DNA of 64,000 nucleotides from Octopus vulgaris (GCA_951406725.2 OX597826.1:22320001-22384000); one strand, 5' to 3'. Shown: positions 24,771 to 38,604, numbered from the stretch's first letter. Translations and numbers: made by a program. Notes: a model not told the origin generated them from the sequence alone.

Positions 24771-27514
24771 ATAATCAACAACATATTGAAAAGGAATGGC
24801 ACATCAGCTATTGCAGCCCTTGAAGCCTTTGTCTCAATAAAAGATGGGAGCTGAAATGCAATTGATTATAAGTCAGCAGATCAGCTCTGACATGAGTTTA
24901 AACAACAACAGCAACAACATCAATAACAAAATGTAGCTACATGGAATAAACGAGTTCCCCATACTGTTTTTTATTCTTTCTGTTTTGTCTTTTAAATCTA
25001 ATCTACACAGTTAGGCTGAATCATTTTTTCCTTTGCTTCTACCCAACTCTCTGCCTCTCTCACATTCTAATCCCATTCCACTGGGTTGTGGAATGGTAAG
25101 GTTCTTCTTTTGAAATTTTCATAAAAAAAACAAAAAACATTAAAAAAATAGTCTGACAAGAAAATCCTGTTCAGTAGAGATGTAACAAGTATTTTATTTT
25201 GGCAAATGGAAGCATAGCAGCCAGAAGAATGTTTTAACTTAAAAAAAAACGTAAAGATAATAAAAGCTTGCAATTTTTCTTTTTGCTTTTATATTTCTCT
25301 GCTGCATATATTCAATGTAAATTGCATTTTGTAATGATACAGGGACCCCTGTTATAGCAGTCCCCTGCCCCAGGGGCTTCTATAAACTCACATATATCTA
25401 GTACTTAGCATAAAAAATGTTACCACAAATAAGATCTGCAAAATATTGGAGAATTTTTGAAGATAATAAAAGACAAATTGATTGATCCTAGTGATGTAGT
25501 AGGATATGTTCAGTTGTTCAGTTCTCTGTTGGCTCCTACGGAACAGACTTAAGATTAAATGTATTCTATTTAGTACCATCCTGCTTTTTTCCTCGTCTAG
25601 TATGGAATTTATCCAATGTATCCTTTCTTTTTAAAAACAGTAGGGTAGTTTAAAGTAATTTGAGGGAGATTTGACATCTATTTCTAGCAGATAAAACAAC
25701 CACATAGAAATTTTTTTATTTAAAATCTCAAGTTAGAAAATGGATATTGCTGGTAGTTTCAGTTTTATCAAAGGCCAAAATTTGCATAAGAAATTACTAT
25801 TGGAGTTGTTGTAAGCTGTAAGGGACTTTCTGATAAAGGGAGAGTTATTAAAGCCCTAAATAGCAGTATTTCAGCTATTAACTCATTTCTTCATTAAATT
25901 TTAAGAAATCAAGTTAAAATCTTCACAATCTGATAACTTTTAAGAATATACTTTATATTATTTTCTATGGCTGTAAGGTTTAAGGGACTGCAATTTGGGG
26001 TTACTTATTGTTCAAACCCTTACTATTACATCCAATATCCTAAATTGTAGCTATTGTTGTTTAGCTCCAGGTCAGCCTTAACTGAACACACTGAAGGAGG
26101 TTTGACTATTATTTCTAGCAGGTGGACTGACCCCAAGAGGCTCATGTAGTGCATCAATCTCTTAATTGAATGTGTTGTATCTCAGAGCAAGACAATCTTC
26201 ACTCCACTTGCTCTACTTTGCCTGACAGACATAAAACAGGTTCCCCCTCCCTAACCTTCTCTACTTCATGGTTGAGTGGTTTGTGATAGGAAGGTTATCC
26301 AACTGTAAAAAACAATTGCTCCAACAAGAAGAACCATCCAACTCATGCAAACATTCAAAAATTGATGAAAACTAAACTAAAAAAAAAAAGAAGCAGTAAA
26401 ACAAAAAAAAAACCCCAACAAAAGACCAAATCTCCCAATTGCTCTCTTCCCAACTCCACTTTCCTCTGTTCCAATTTCCAAATCTCATACAATTATTATA
26501 TTCAGAGTGAAACTGCATCACCCTTCGACTTCTTCACCTTCTACTTTCTTTTCATTTTCTTCTCTTCCACATCTAATATTTTTCATTTTGCTTACTTTTC
26601 TTTCTTTCTTCTTTCTCCAGTTATCATAAGATTTTTTCTATCATCTTTCTCCACCCACCTCCACCCCTATATATCCTGCAGTTTTCTCTCGCACCAACCA
26701 AGTATCTAGCAGATTTCTTTCTTTCTTCCCATCCTTTTCCAGTATTTTTTCTGCTCTATCTTAGTAGTAGTAGTTGTAATGAATATATGGGGTGGGAGGA
26801 ACCAAAACCTTTAGCTGTCAGAAGTTGGGAAGAAGCTATACTTGCCTCCTCTGCCAGATATTTGGTTTTTCACTTTTTGGTAAGTGTGACCCACTATAAT
26901 GGCAGAATCAGTGTAGCAGCGTCTGTTATAAGGTTGTGGCCTTGCTAACTAAACTTACAGTAAAATCTGGAGTGATGTGATTTCTAGAGCCATAGCAAAG
27001 GGAAATCAGAACCAAGGCTAATGACTAAAACAAGATTGATTTCTGTGTGTGTGTGTGGGGGGGGTAATGGGGGTGGGTGGTGTTGTAAGTTACAACAAAA
27101 CTCATTCAATAGAATCATTCAAGTGAAAAAAGAAAAAGAACAAAGACCTTTGTGCAATAAGCCTGCAAGCAGCATTCCTTCTTTCATAACTGCTGTGTTA
27201 TAGATTCTGGTTCATTGCAGAACAGATACAATCTTGTTAAATCCTTGCCAATGTTAATCTAGACGGCACTGAAAGTGTCAGTGAAGTTTCTAGAAGCTGT
27301 TGCACTTACCTCTACTATTCTATATCCCAACGTAATTTCAAATATTTGATAGATATTTGCTAAACAACCTGCCTACACTGCATTAGATATAATGAACTAT
27401 AGTAAGTGAGAGAGAGAGAAAGAGAGAGGGGGAGTTTGAATAAAGGTGGTGTAGGATAATAGTTCTGAAGTGGTGAGATGTATGATATAGTAAGATGTAA
27501 TAAGGTGTCTCAAT

Positions 27515-27620
27515 AGATGTAGTTCGATGTACCACAAGATGTTTAATGTAGTTTGACATACCAGAAAATGTAGTTTGATGTACCACAGGATGTAGTTAGG
27601 TATGTCACAAGATGTAATGG
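27515..27620. repeat. Degenerate ~22-bp minisatellite
   Basis: An atgtagtt(c/t)gatgtaccaca(a/g)g-like unit occurs ~4 times. Confidence 0.6.
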
Positions 27621-28989
27621 AATGTAGCATGAAAATTTTAAAATGTGAAAAGCAGGAACTGAAAATCTATATATAATTCTTAATAACTACGCTCTACTCA
27701 GTGAAAAAAAATACTTAATTACTTAATAATTTTCCATAGTTTAACTTATCTAAATAATTATTTTCCTGATTTGACTGCTATTTCTAGCAGGATGGCTAGC
27801 TTTCCTATTGACCCAACAGCTTTGTAAATATGTTCTAACAAGTTGTTTCTAACAGGAAAAGCTTGGCAATATCAGATTACATGAGGATTAGTTTCACATT
27901 GACTTTGTTAATCATTAACATTTCAAAAGAAAGTTTTTAAAAATATTCAATTGGATATTAATAAGTTAAATGAAATTGTGATTTAACACAACATGGAGAT
28001 AAGAATCCTCTTCATATATTTAATCAAAATATATATTTAGTCTCACTGAACCAAAAACAATCATTGAACTAATTGAAGTAATGAGTTCCATTTTCTATTA
28101 AGAGTAAAAAAAAGTAGTGCTTAAAGGGAATGCAGAAGTCTGCTTTGCAAACATTTGAAGTTAGGAAGTGTTGAGTTATCTGTTAGTAGTGTTAACAAAT
28201 TGATGATAAACATAGGAGTTACATAATAGTACAAAATTACACGATCTTGCCTTGGGTATGATACATAGATGACTATTTTACACACACACACACACACACA
28301 GAGTCATATCCATGTTTTTAATGAAGATCTATTTCGTCTGGCTGTAAAATTATGTGCAATGGCTGACTGACTTAGTAACAGAGAACAGTATAAACAAAGC
28401 AGAATTGGTAAATTTCTTGAATGACAGAATAGTCAAAGTTGAGCTGAAAAGAATACTCATGGAGTGAGTCTTCAATTCCAGATACGAAGATTTGGAAACA
28501 AAATGCATTCACATATGTCATAGCTCTATCATAAATATGGCAACAAAGGAAATGTCTATACTCTCTTTTGTTGTTGATTTATCTCTTGTGTCTTTATAGC
28601 AAAATTTTATATGACTGAAGTAGGTGAAAAAGTCAGGTACAAGAGAGTAGAGTTTGTCTCCATGGCTGCATATCACTATGGTATATACCCCAAATGAAAA
28701 GAATAGATGGTAGAAACAGATGCAAAAGATTATTTGCTGAGATTACTAGTACACACTCCCTAAAGCAAGTCCATTCCTAATAAGAGATTTGTATGATTCA
28801 ACTATTGACTTGGCAAATAAGTTCCTGCCATTTAAAAAAAATTTTGGAATTTATTGTGCTTTTAAATTTTGGAATCTATTTTTTTCGAGAATTCTATTTT
28901 TGAATCATTTTGGAATCTATTTTGTTTTTTTCTCTAGTTAATGTTAGTTAATTTTTGTTTATTTTCAGATCATTAAAATAGAGTGTCAA

Positions 28990-29790
28990 GTTAAGAAAAA
29001 TGGGCATTTTTGACACCACCTTCTTTTTGCTTTTAATCAAGGTTCTAAGGCCGTAAAAGCTGCAGGCGACATTTGTGCTGTGCATAGAGAGGGTGCCATA
29101 GCTGAAAGAACTGCTCATGATTGCTATGCCAAGTTCAAAAATGGAAATTTTGACCTCAAAAATGCTCCTTGTTCTGGCCATCCAGAACGACAAGGGAACT
29201 GGCAGAGAAAATGGAATGCTCCCACACTGCTATAGAGAAGCATCTTCACTCGATGGGAAAGGTTCAGAAGTATGGAGCATGGATTCCGCATGCTGGTTTG
29301 CTTGCTCGTCACCGCTCAACTCATGGACACAAGCAACAATTTCTTTACCAAATTGTTACTGGCGATGAAAAATGGTGCCTGTACATCAATATAAAGCAGT
29401 GTAAGGAATGGCTTAGCCCCGGTAAACAAGCAACATTGTGCGTGAAACAAAATCTTCATCCACGTAAAATGATGTTGTGCTAATGGTGGGACTGAGAAGG
29501 GATTATCCATTATGAATTGCTTGAACAGAACCAAATGGTCAATGCAGAACTCTATGTTCAACAGATGGAATGACTCAACATGGCTATTCAAGAGAAAAGA
29601 CCTAATCACAGCATGTAGCTCTTCTGCTGCACAACAATACCCACCCTCATATCGCCAACATGACCAAGGAAGCCATTCAAACGCATGGATGGTAAGTGCT
29701 GCCACACCCACTGTATTCTCCTGATTTGGCACCAATGGATTTCCACCTCTTTCAATCTCTTTCAAATGCTATGTGCAGAGTTTCATTAGT
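28990..29790 (+). pseudogene. Mariner transposase relic (SETMAR/mariner type)
   Basis: AKFKNGNFDL, TTRELAEKMECSH, GAWIPH, IVTGDEKW, HPRKMMLC.WWD and HPLYSPDLAP.DFHLF, with stops and frameshifts. Confidence 0.9.
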
Positions 29791-30199
29791 GTTTGAGGTG
29801 TGGCTCAGTCCAGAGTTCTAAGTCAATTGAAACTAAGAAGAAATTATTAATTTTATTCAGAAATGAGCAAAAAGAAAACTTTTTCACTGGTTGAGTGGAG
29901 GACAATGTTACTTAGTCCAGTTGGAATCTGAGCAATAACTTCCTCAGACTCATCAAACATGTCATTTAGAGATTTTGTATTTTGGTCAGTTCAGTTTAAA
30001 GAATCTCCTTCAGAACTGGTGATGTATTGGGTAATTATTTAAGAAACTGGTTTTGTAGGGTTTAGTTTACTAAAGAAACTAGTTGTGTGTGTGTGTGTGT
30101 GTGTGTGAGTTATTTAAGACTAATTATGCCTGTGTATGTAGGTGGGGGAGGTAATTTATTTAGGGAATCAATTTTATTTCTTTTTATCCAAATTCTTAT

Positions 30200-30648
30200 A
30201 ATTGGGGACAGTCATATTTTGTCAATAAAACACATGCACCTCAGCTTTATTATTATTATTATTATTACTATTATTAATATTATTGTTGGTTTCTTTATTA
30301 AAGCTCTTTCACAATACATCTTGTAACCTCTTCCGTGACTCTTTATCCCATGTGTCTCCTTCTGTTCTGTTTATTCCATTTTGTCTTTCTATGGTATGTA
30401 TCCTTATCTCTGCATGCATAAGCTTCTGCGTGTGTGTGTGTGTGTGTGCATGGGTTTGCTTACTACATTGTTTGTACCCATGTCTTTTATTTATTTATTT
30501 TTTATTTGTTCATTTTCTTTCTCATTCTGTCTTTAGTATGTGTATATAGGTTTATGTATTATACTGTTTGTATTTGTGTCTTTTTTTTTCTCATTTTGTC
30601 TTTAGTCATCAGGTTGTGTAGTGATGTGGAGTGGGAATGGGTGTTATC
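30200..30648 (+). repeat. Left arm of a ~450-bp inverted repeat (partner at 33388-33870)
   Basis: Colinear reverse-complement similarity, also visible in the ORF track (LVSLLKLFHNTSCNLFRDSLSHVSP vs LVSLSKLFHHTSCDFFCDSLCHVSP). Confidence 0.8.
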
Positions 30649-30658
30649 ATTCCATTAA

Positions 30659-32200
30659 CCCCTTGACATTTTTTTTTATCAAGTAACTAGGTTGCATTGA
30701 CAGTAATCATCCCGGCTGAGAACAGTGCTTAGTGCATGGTTCGGTGTATATTTACATCAACTGCTTTAACCAGTTTACAGCATGGGGGCATTCACATCTG
30801 TACTTTGGCTGGTCTGATGCTTCTATCATTTCATGGAACATTAGATTCCTGAATGTCAATCCATCCCACCACACCACCAAGAATCTGCCAAATCAAATGT
30901 GAGTTCACAACACATATCAACTATATACAAGAAAATTCTTTTGTACCATTGCACAAATTTTCTCACCGATTTGTGTGTTGTTGATCTGAGCAATCAACCC
31001 CACCCGTCCCTTTATTATATGAAACAATTACACTCAGTTTCATTACTGTCTGCATCTTGTTTCCTAGTGTCCTTCATGCTTGCAGAACATGCAGACATTC
31101 TTCTTGTCATGCCACACTAGAGTGAGAATGCCTCTATCAGTGCATCAGTACAGTTTCCCCCTTTAAAACTTTTATCTTGTGAAGATTGGATGGCATGTTT
31201 TTCCTGTGCGTTCTCATAGTCTCACAGGCATTAGTTCTCCATACTTGTAGCTGCAGGAAGAGGTCTGGACTGGAAAACATGTTGTCCATATAAATATTGT
31301 AGCTTTTGTCAAACAAATTTTCATTCAGTGACAACATGACATCAGTTGATGCTAGAGTAGGCACTGGAAGATCCAATTTGTTCTGACCAGTGTAGATTTT
31401 GTAATTCCACGTGTACCCACAGGTTCTGCAAGTTTACTGGCATACTTTATAAACCTTGACTCCAAAGCAGACATGTTTGATTGAGTTGTATTGTTTGAAT
31501 CAGAGCCTTCCCTTGAATTTTCACAAACTCTTGTTTGCACAAATGTCCTGTGTGGGGACATATGCCGTTCTGAAATTTTCAGCCACTTCATCACTGATAC
31601 GATGTATTTTGTGCAGCCTGTCATCATGGTTCTCACCTGAGTTGAAATATAGATTTCGAAGAAGTGCCAAAAATCAATTATGTGGCATGGTTTCCAGACA
31701 GAAAGGTGTCACGGTGGCTGGATCCCAATTCCAATATGATGCCAGGGCTGGTTTCTTCATGATGTCCGCCAGTATCAGCAGGGCAAGCAGAACTTTGATT
31801 TTGTCCCCTGTGGCTGGAAATCAATCACTGCCATGCTTGGGTCTGACATGCTGGGGATGGTTTACAGCAGAGTTATTTGTTTCGTCTGCTATATATTGGA
31901 ACATTTCATCTGTTAAAAACTGATTGGAGATTTACAGTGGTGAACTTTCATGTTGAAGGGTTTGCCTTTATGCCAGCTGTACCAGTAAACCCATGCTGTT
32001 GGATGAAATTGTCTCTCACTTGCCACATGACATTCTGTTATCCAGGGCCATCCACTGCTGCCCGTCTGTACCTTTGATTCCCTGGAATATCATCATCGCA
32101 ATCAGAATCATCTAGTTCTGAACAAGACTCACTCTCTAAGTCATTGTCCAAACTGGAAGAAACAACTGGTGAGGTGATGGAGCTTAGTGTAGCTTGGCAT
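30659..32200 (-). pseudogene. piggyBac (PGBD4-like) transposase relic with TTAA|CCC terminus
   Basis: KFKGRL.FKQY...FGVKVYK...GYTWNYKIYTG and YNIYMDNMFSSPDLF...NACETMRTHRKNMP, plus an acidic N-terminus. TTAA at 30655-30658 is followed by CCCC. Confidence 0.85.
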
Positions 32201-32618
32201 CTCTGTTATTAATTGAACCTCCATTTTCTTGTTGAACATATCGGTAGAGCACTGATGAGCTTTTCTCCTCCTTGAGACCTCCTATCCACTCATCTACACC
32301 ATGTACTGTACTGCAATGTATGTCATTGTCCCTTTTTCTGCACGGTCCTTCAGTACACCTTATATTAAGATGTACTACATACAACATTGAGGAGACAGCA
32401 TGTAGCATAGGTAAGCAGATAGATGAGCACTGGCAGGAACTCAATGAGAAAAGCTCATCAGTGCTCTACTAACATACTCAGTTAGAACATGGAAACTCGG
32501 TTAATAACATAGATGCTAAGATATTATCAACACATAGAACAGACATGACACTCAGACAGATTGTGGAGGACACACACATAGTAATGGATAGACTGAACCT
32601 CAACAGCAAAATTAATGG

Positions 32619-33386
32619 AACTTGTAAAGCATTCGGAGAGCGCAGACCTCCACCAGGCAGCTCATTTCCACCCATATACACACATGCAGAAAATCGCCCA
32701 ATTTTCCAAACCAATGCTGTGAAGTCACTTTCCTCCTTTATGTGTATCTGGTATGATGCTGAAGAGAGCAAGGCTAATTAAGGTGAAATATTTGTCATAG
32801 TGTTGTGATATGACACAAACATTTCAGTAGTGGACGGATGGCATAGGGGCCATGCCTCGGACCAATTGTAAAGATGGGCAATGTTGATGGAATATTTTCC
32901 ACATCATACAGATGATATAGAGTTCACAGCAGTGGTGGAGGGAGCAAAGCCTGAGCTTTTTGATTCTATCTCAATAGTCAAGGCTTGTCATGTCATCCTC
33001 TGCAGACCTCTACCAAGCAGCTCATCTTAAGATAGATATGCGAGTAAAATTACTAATAGAGAAATGAAAATAAACTTTGGAAACAGCAACGTCACCATAG
33101 GTTACGTGGAAACGATGAACATGTTTTCAAGGGAGATAATCAAAGAAAGTAACATTGTAATACTTCATGTAAAGTAAATATAACAAATGAAAAATCCTTC
33201 AAGAATCCATAAAATTCCCTGGATCACTACCAAAATTTCATCATCTGTTCCTTGTGTCATTACCAACTATTCCTGCAAGTTTCATCAAATTGCGTTCACA
33301 ACTTTTTGAGTTATTTTGCACATAAACGGACAGACGGACAAACCAACGCCGATGAAAACATAACCTCCTTCCTTGGAGGAGGTAAT
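32619..33386 (-). mobile_element. Second copy of the HINE-like composite element
   Basis: Reverse complement of 9394-9800 and 9975-10074, with a different middle segment. Confidence 0.7.
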
Positions 33387-36300
33387 AGTAACACCCACTC
33401 CCCACTCTACAATACTACACAACCTGATGACTAAAAACAGAATGAGGAAAAAATACAAGCAGTATAATACATAAACCCATATACATACACATACGACACC
33501 CATACACATACTAAAGACAGAATGAGAAAGAAAATAAATAAGTAAATGAATAAAAAATAAATAAAAGACTTGGGTACAGTGTAGTAAGCAAACCCGCATA
33601 CACATACCAAACACATAGACATATGTGCACACAAACACACACTAGCAGATGTAAATGCATGCAGAGATAAGGTTACATATCACAGAAAGACAAAATGAAT
33701 AAACGGAACAAGAGGAGACACATGGCATAAAGAGTCACAGAAGAAGTCACAGGAAGTATGATGAAAAAGCTTTGACAAAGAAACTAAAAACGTAATAATA
33801 AAGTTGGAATGGAAACCAAATATATAGTGTGTGTGTTTAATTGGCAAAATATGACCCTCCCTAAGCATAACAAAATCTGTTTCAACACACATTTTCACAT
33901 CAAGATTGCAAAACAAATACATAAATGTCACTTTTTTGTTAGTGTTTATGATTCCTGCTCTGAAATTGATTGGTAATGATTTCTTTACCAAACACTTCAC
34001 CCATTAGTTCACAGATTTACTCATGCTACTCTCTGCTTGTTCAATCTGCACTGCATTGGCCTGAGCTCCGCTGCAAAAAGTCTCTTCTGCAACTGTTCAC
34101 CACCCCCCCCGGACACATCTGCCTTTCCTTCTTTTTATCACTCCCACTCTCTCATATTTTACAAATCTTCAACCAAGCATTTTTCTCTTCTTTCTTCTTC
34201 AGATTTGCTATCAACTACAATACTTTGTCTGCTTGCCTATCTCTGTCTGTCTGTCTCCTATTCCTGCAGATATTGACCAACAACTGTTCTAATCTAGGAT
34301 GATCTGAACCCTACAACTGCTTCATAACGAATAAACATAACATCATCATCATCATCATTATCGTCATCATCACTTTTGTTGTTGTCAGCATCTTCATCAT
34401 TTAGTGTCCACTTTCCATGCGGGCGTGGGTTGGATGGTATGAGAGAGAAATGGTGAGCTGCAGGGTTTTATGCTTATTGCAACAACAGATAGAGAGAGTG
34501 TGTGTGTGTGTGTGTCTATGTTCACTTGTGTATATGTATGTTTGTGTGTGAGTGTTTGTATGTGTATATGTATGTTTGTGTGTGAGTGTTTGTATGTGTC
34601 TGTGCATGTGTATTTGTAATGTAGATGTGTTTGTGTGTGTATATCAGTGAGTGCATGTGTATGTGTATTTGTGTATGTTTGCATGTGTCTGTGTGTGTAT
34701 GGGTATATACAATATGTGTGTGTATTTGCAATTGGGTAACACCAAACTTAGACTTAAAGGTTTTGTGTAACTCTGCTTGTTTTCTGTTTGTCAATATATT
34801 GGATTGGTTTCAAATTTCGGCACAAGGCCAGCAATTTTGGGGGTGGTGGGGTAAGGGTTAATTACATCAACCCTAATGTTCAACCGTTGCTTATTTTATT
34901 GACCCTGAAAGGTTGAAAAGAAAAGTCAACCCTGGCGGGATTTGAACTCAGAACATAAAGATGGACAAAATGCCACTAGCATTTTGCCTGTCATTGCTAA
35001 TGGTTCTGCTTTTGATTATTAATATATTCTTTTCTACTTTAGGCACAAGGCCCAAAGTTTTGGGGGAGGGGGCCAGTCAATTAGATCAACCCCAGTATGC
35101 AACTGGTACTTAATTTATCAACCTTGAAAGGATGAAAGGCAAAGTCGATTTTAGCAGAATTGATTGTCAATATATTGAAAGGGAAAATGCTTTGTGGCTT
35201 CAATATTACATGACTTGAGAAAGCAGTGAGCTGGCAGAATCATTACCATGCCAAAAAAAAAAAAATAAGGTTAAACTGCATTTTTTCCAACTTAACGTTC
35301 TGAGTTCAAATAACACCAGGATTGACTTGCCTTTCAACTTTTTGGGATTGATGAAATAAGTACCAGTTAGACACTGGGGTTGATGTCATCAACTTACTCT
35401 CTCCCCTGAAATTGCTAGTTTTGGGCCAAAATTTGAAATCATTATTACATGACTTAAGGGGTTTCTTAAAAGTTTCTGTGAAGGAACTGGGGCTTATGAA
35501 ATATTTGGGAAGACTGAAATAGAATTTTAAAATTTTTGTTCTTTTCTATCTATAATCCAAGTGGGAATTGGCAAACAGTAAGGAATTTATCTGGAAGACT
35601 GAAGTCACAGTTCTTTGATCTCTTTCCAAACAGTGAGGCTTCCTCAAGAAATGTCTCTGTAATGGAGCTGTGTTTTCATTTATCTTTCTATCTGCAAATA
35701 AACGTTGAAAGTGCTGTGTTGTTTTCTCGAAGTGATAGAAATGGAACAAGCTGTTGTGTTCTGTGTGATTTTTGAATGGATGTTTTGTGAGATATGAGAG
35801 CTTGTATAGTAGGTTTTGGTAACTGTTTCTATGACGTCAGCATGATGTGTATGTGTGTGTGTGTGTGTATGTATTTGAGTGTTTGTGCATGCATGTGCAT
35901 GTGCGTGTGTGTGCATGTGTACGTGTGTATGTGTGTATGTGTGTGTGTAAGTAGGTTTTTCTCAGAAAAATCATGCAAAACAGAATAAAGACTACTTTCA
36001 GTGCCCCTGGGTATGAGGTTGTTACTCACGAATTTTAGGTTTACAGTCTAAATATACCTTAAATCCTCAAATTAGTCTTTATAATAGAAAAAAATCAAAT
36101 AACCTCTACACCACTTCTTTTTGATGAACAATAACGATAGTTTTTAAGAAAATTAAGGTTGTTTTAATCCTCAACTACTACAATAAGGTCAAATGTATAA
36201 ATCTTACCACCTTTCTAATTTGGTATGAGATGAAAACCGATAATTAATTCTACTTAATGGGCCTAAATTATACTTTTCTCAAGGACAGTTTCTATAAAGA

Positions 36301-36634
36301 ACTTCTGATGTTGGAACTATTGATTCTGGATATCATATTGATTTAAATTCTAATCTAACATCCAGCATTTAAAATGGACACCATATCCAAAACCCAACAT
36401 ATTTTAACAAACCTGTTTAGAAATATTGACACTCATCTATTTACAGAATAAAAACGTTTGTTTCATTGCAAAATTAGACAAGCACAAGAAAAAAACAAAC
36501 AAAAAAAAAAACAAGGAAATAAACGAAGCATTACACATTTGGAAATCTTGGTAAAAGAAAAGGCAATGAAGGGAGCTGTGAAGATTTTCCCATTTGGATA
36601 GATGCCTATTTTGACACCATTACCTCTCTCTCTC

Positions 36635-36708
<74 letters not shown>

Positions 36709-36884
36709 AATAATACATTTCTAAATATCTCAGATATATGCAGTAGTGGTATGATAGAGTAGTTGTATACTGTCAGCTTAATGTGACAGTCCCATGAAAG
36801 GAATCACACTACTGCTTTGACACATTTCCTGTGTCCTTATGTTTACAAGGGGTAGATAAGCACCTCCACCCAGCTAAGCCTGCA

Positions 36885-36927
36885 TCCAGAGACTAGTTTC
36901 TGAGTCTTTGCTCGTCATCAGTCTGGA
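36885..36927 (-). ncRNA. Minimal type I hammerhead ribozyme
   Basis: The minus strand reads UCCAGA-CUGAUGA-CGAGCAAAGACUCA-GAAAC-UA-GUC^-UCUGGA. It has an intact core, a 6-bp stem I, a palindromic stem III and a GUC cleavage site at 36891/36890. Stem II has a C.A mismatch at its base. Confidence 0.85.
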
Positions 36928-36948
36928 GTAGCATGGCCTGCTAGTTGA

Positions 36949-38604
36949 ATATCTTTATTATAGGCACAATGGCCTGAATGAAGAGGGGACATAACAAAAT
37001 ACAGTACATGTAACAAAAATACAGAAAGGATGATATGAAATGAAATATTAATAATGAATTAAATGAAATGGCTTACGAGCCCCCCAAAGCTCGCAGTTTC
37101 ATTTACAATTACAGTTGTACTATCTGGGGTGTTCGTCAGTAATGTAAACGAGTTCTATAACGCCAGGCAAACTGTCATATTGAACGTAATGCGTTATGCA
37201 CACAGCTGTATTTGAAAACAAATTTATTAATTTATTTACCGTCTCTTTATCCACAATTGCAGCCTTTATTTGGTTATTGTATATCTTCGGGTTCAATTTC
37301 ACTCTCGTTAGATTTTTCATTATCGCTAATTTTTTCTCAATTTCTTTATCCTTTTTGTACAACATTACAGCTTTGAGATTTCTTCCTTTTAGTCTTCCTC
37401 CTTCCTTGCATGTTTTCAGATATTCTTCCACTTTTGTTGACCATTTTTTCATTTCTTCCCACGTTGAACCTTCACTCACTTTAGTTGCTGTATCTCTCTC
37501 TTCGTGCGTTCTATCCTCTGTCTCGTCGGCAGACTTCTTTTTAGTCTTTTTCCTTTTTTGGTCTTTGGGTGGTGATTCCATCCATGTTCGCTTTCTATCC
37601 TCTTTTTCTTCTGTTCTTTCTTTTTCTTTCTCCTTCACTAACTCGTCGCCACTTTCCACATTATCTGTTCTCACGATTTCCTCTTTCGCTTGCAATTCCA
37701 CATTCTTCTTTTCTAACTCCTCTGTCAAAGCCTCCATTCCTTCCTCCAGTGTTATCGTCTTCTCTTGTATTTCTTTTTGAGGACACACATCCTTCATGTG
37801 CCCTCTGCTCTTACATTTATAACACACTGGAGGTCTCCCCTCCACCACGACTCTCAGTCTTGTCTCGTCGGGGAACACCAACTCCTCCGGGATGTTATAC
37901 AAATCTGGCATGGTTATGTGGACTGAAGCTTGTACCGCATAACCCCACCAGTTTATTTCTTTCAACTTTTCCACCTTAAGAATGTCCATGCTCTCTTTGC
38001 AGTTGTAGATTATTGCAGCTACTATTCTTTCGGTATCAAGTTTCGGTGGGATTTTACTTATTCGTATCATCACTGCTCTTTTTCCACAATAGCTAGGAAG
38101 TAAAACCCATTTTTCCGATCTCAACACTGTCATTGCGTTCCTCTTTGCTTCGTCTTCATTTTCAAAACGAACGTCTACCGTAGCGTATTTTCTACCTCTA
38201 TTGTAGAAGGTAGTTCTTCCTTTAATTTCCTGTAGACATTTCTCAATCTCTTCCACCTCTGCTACTTCTATTCTCTTTGAGACCACATTCTACGTTCTGT
38301 ATGTTATGATTTTTTCCCCCCGCTTCTTTCACTTCATCTTCAGGTGGTGTAACCCTCAGACAGTCACCTTCCTTCTTGAAGCTGTCGTAGTATTTCCTCA
38401 AATTTTCCTTCTCGACAAATATTTCTTCCAACTGTAATTCGTTCACAGCCAGGCCTTTGCCTGCTGCTCCCGCATAAGTTTGGGCTTGCATACCCAACAA
38501 AAAATCCAACAATTCAACACGATGCAACAGTTCTCAACAACAATAATCAACAAATCCAACGCACAACTGCAAATCCGACAAACCGACACAAACACTTCCG
38601 TGAA
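36949..38604 (-). mobile_element. ORF1-only non-LTR retroposon (L1/Tx1-like ORF1) bounded by a 12-bp TSD
   Basis: TSD CCTGCTAGTTGA at 36937-36948 and 38605-38616. The element has a 5' UTR, ORF1, a short 3' UTR and AATAAA next to its 3' end, with no EN or RT. Confidence 0.8.
37120..38491 (-). pseudogene. ORF1/gag-like protein with CCHC zinc knuckle (~456 aa when repaired)
   Basis: Starts MQAQTYAGAA at 38491. It has a +1 frameshift in a G/A homopolymer (~38310-38322) and one TAG, then 388 open codons containing RVVVEGRPPVCYKCKSRGHMKDVCP and a K/E-rich tail. Confidence 0.8.

Noticed and set aside
27440-27630. Regularly spaced short repeats as a CRISPR-like array (also 3903-4159)
   Set aside because: Eukaryotic context, degenerate tandem units without unique spacers, and no cas genes.
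37196-37979. Plus-strand 194-aa and 136-aa ORFs
   Set aside because: Antisense shadows of the K/E-rich ORF1 on the minus strand.
38305-38325. G GGA AAA slippery heptamer as a programmed frameshift in ORF1
   Set aside because: Joining the frames needs +1 rather than -1, and a TAG follows in the new frame. Homopolymer indel or decay is simpler.
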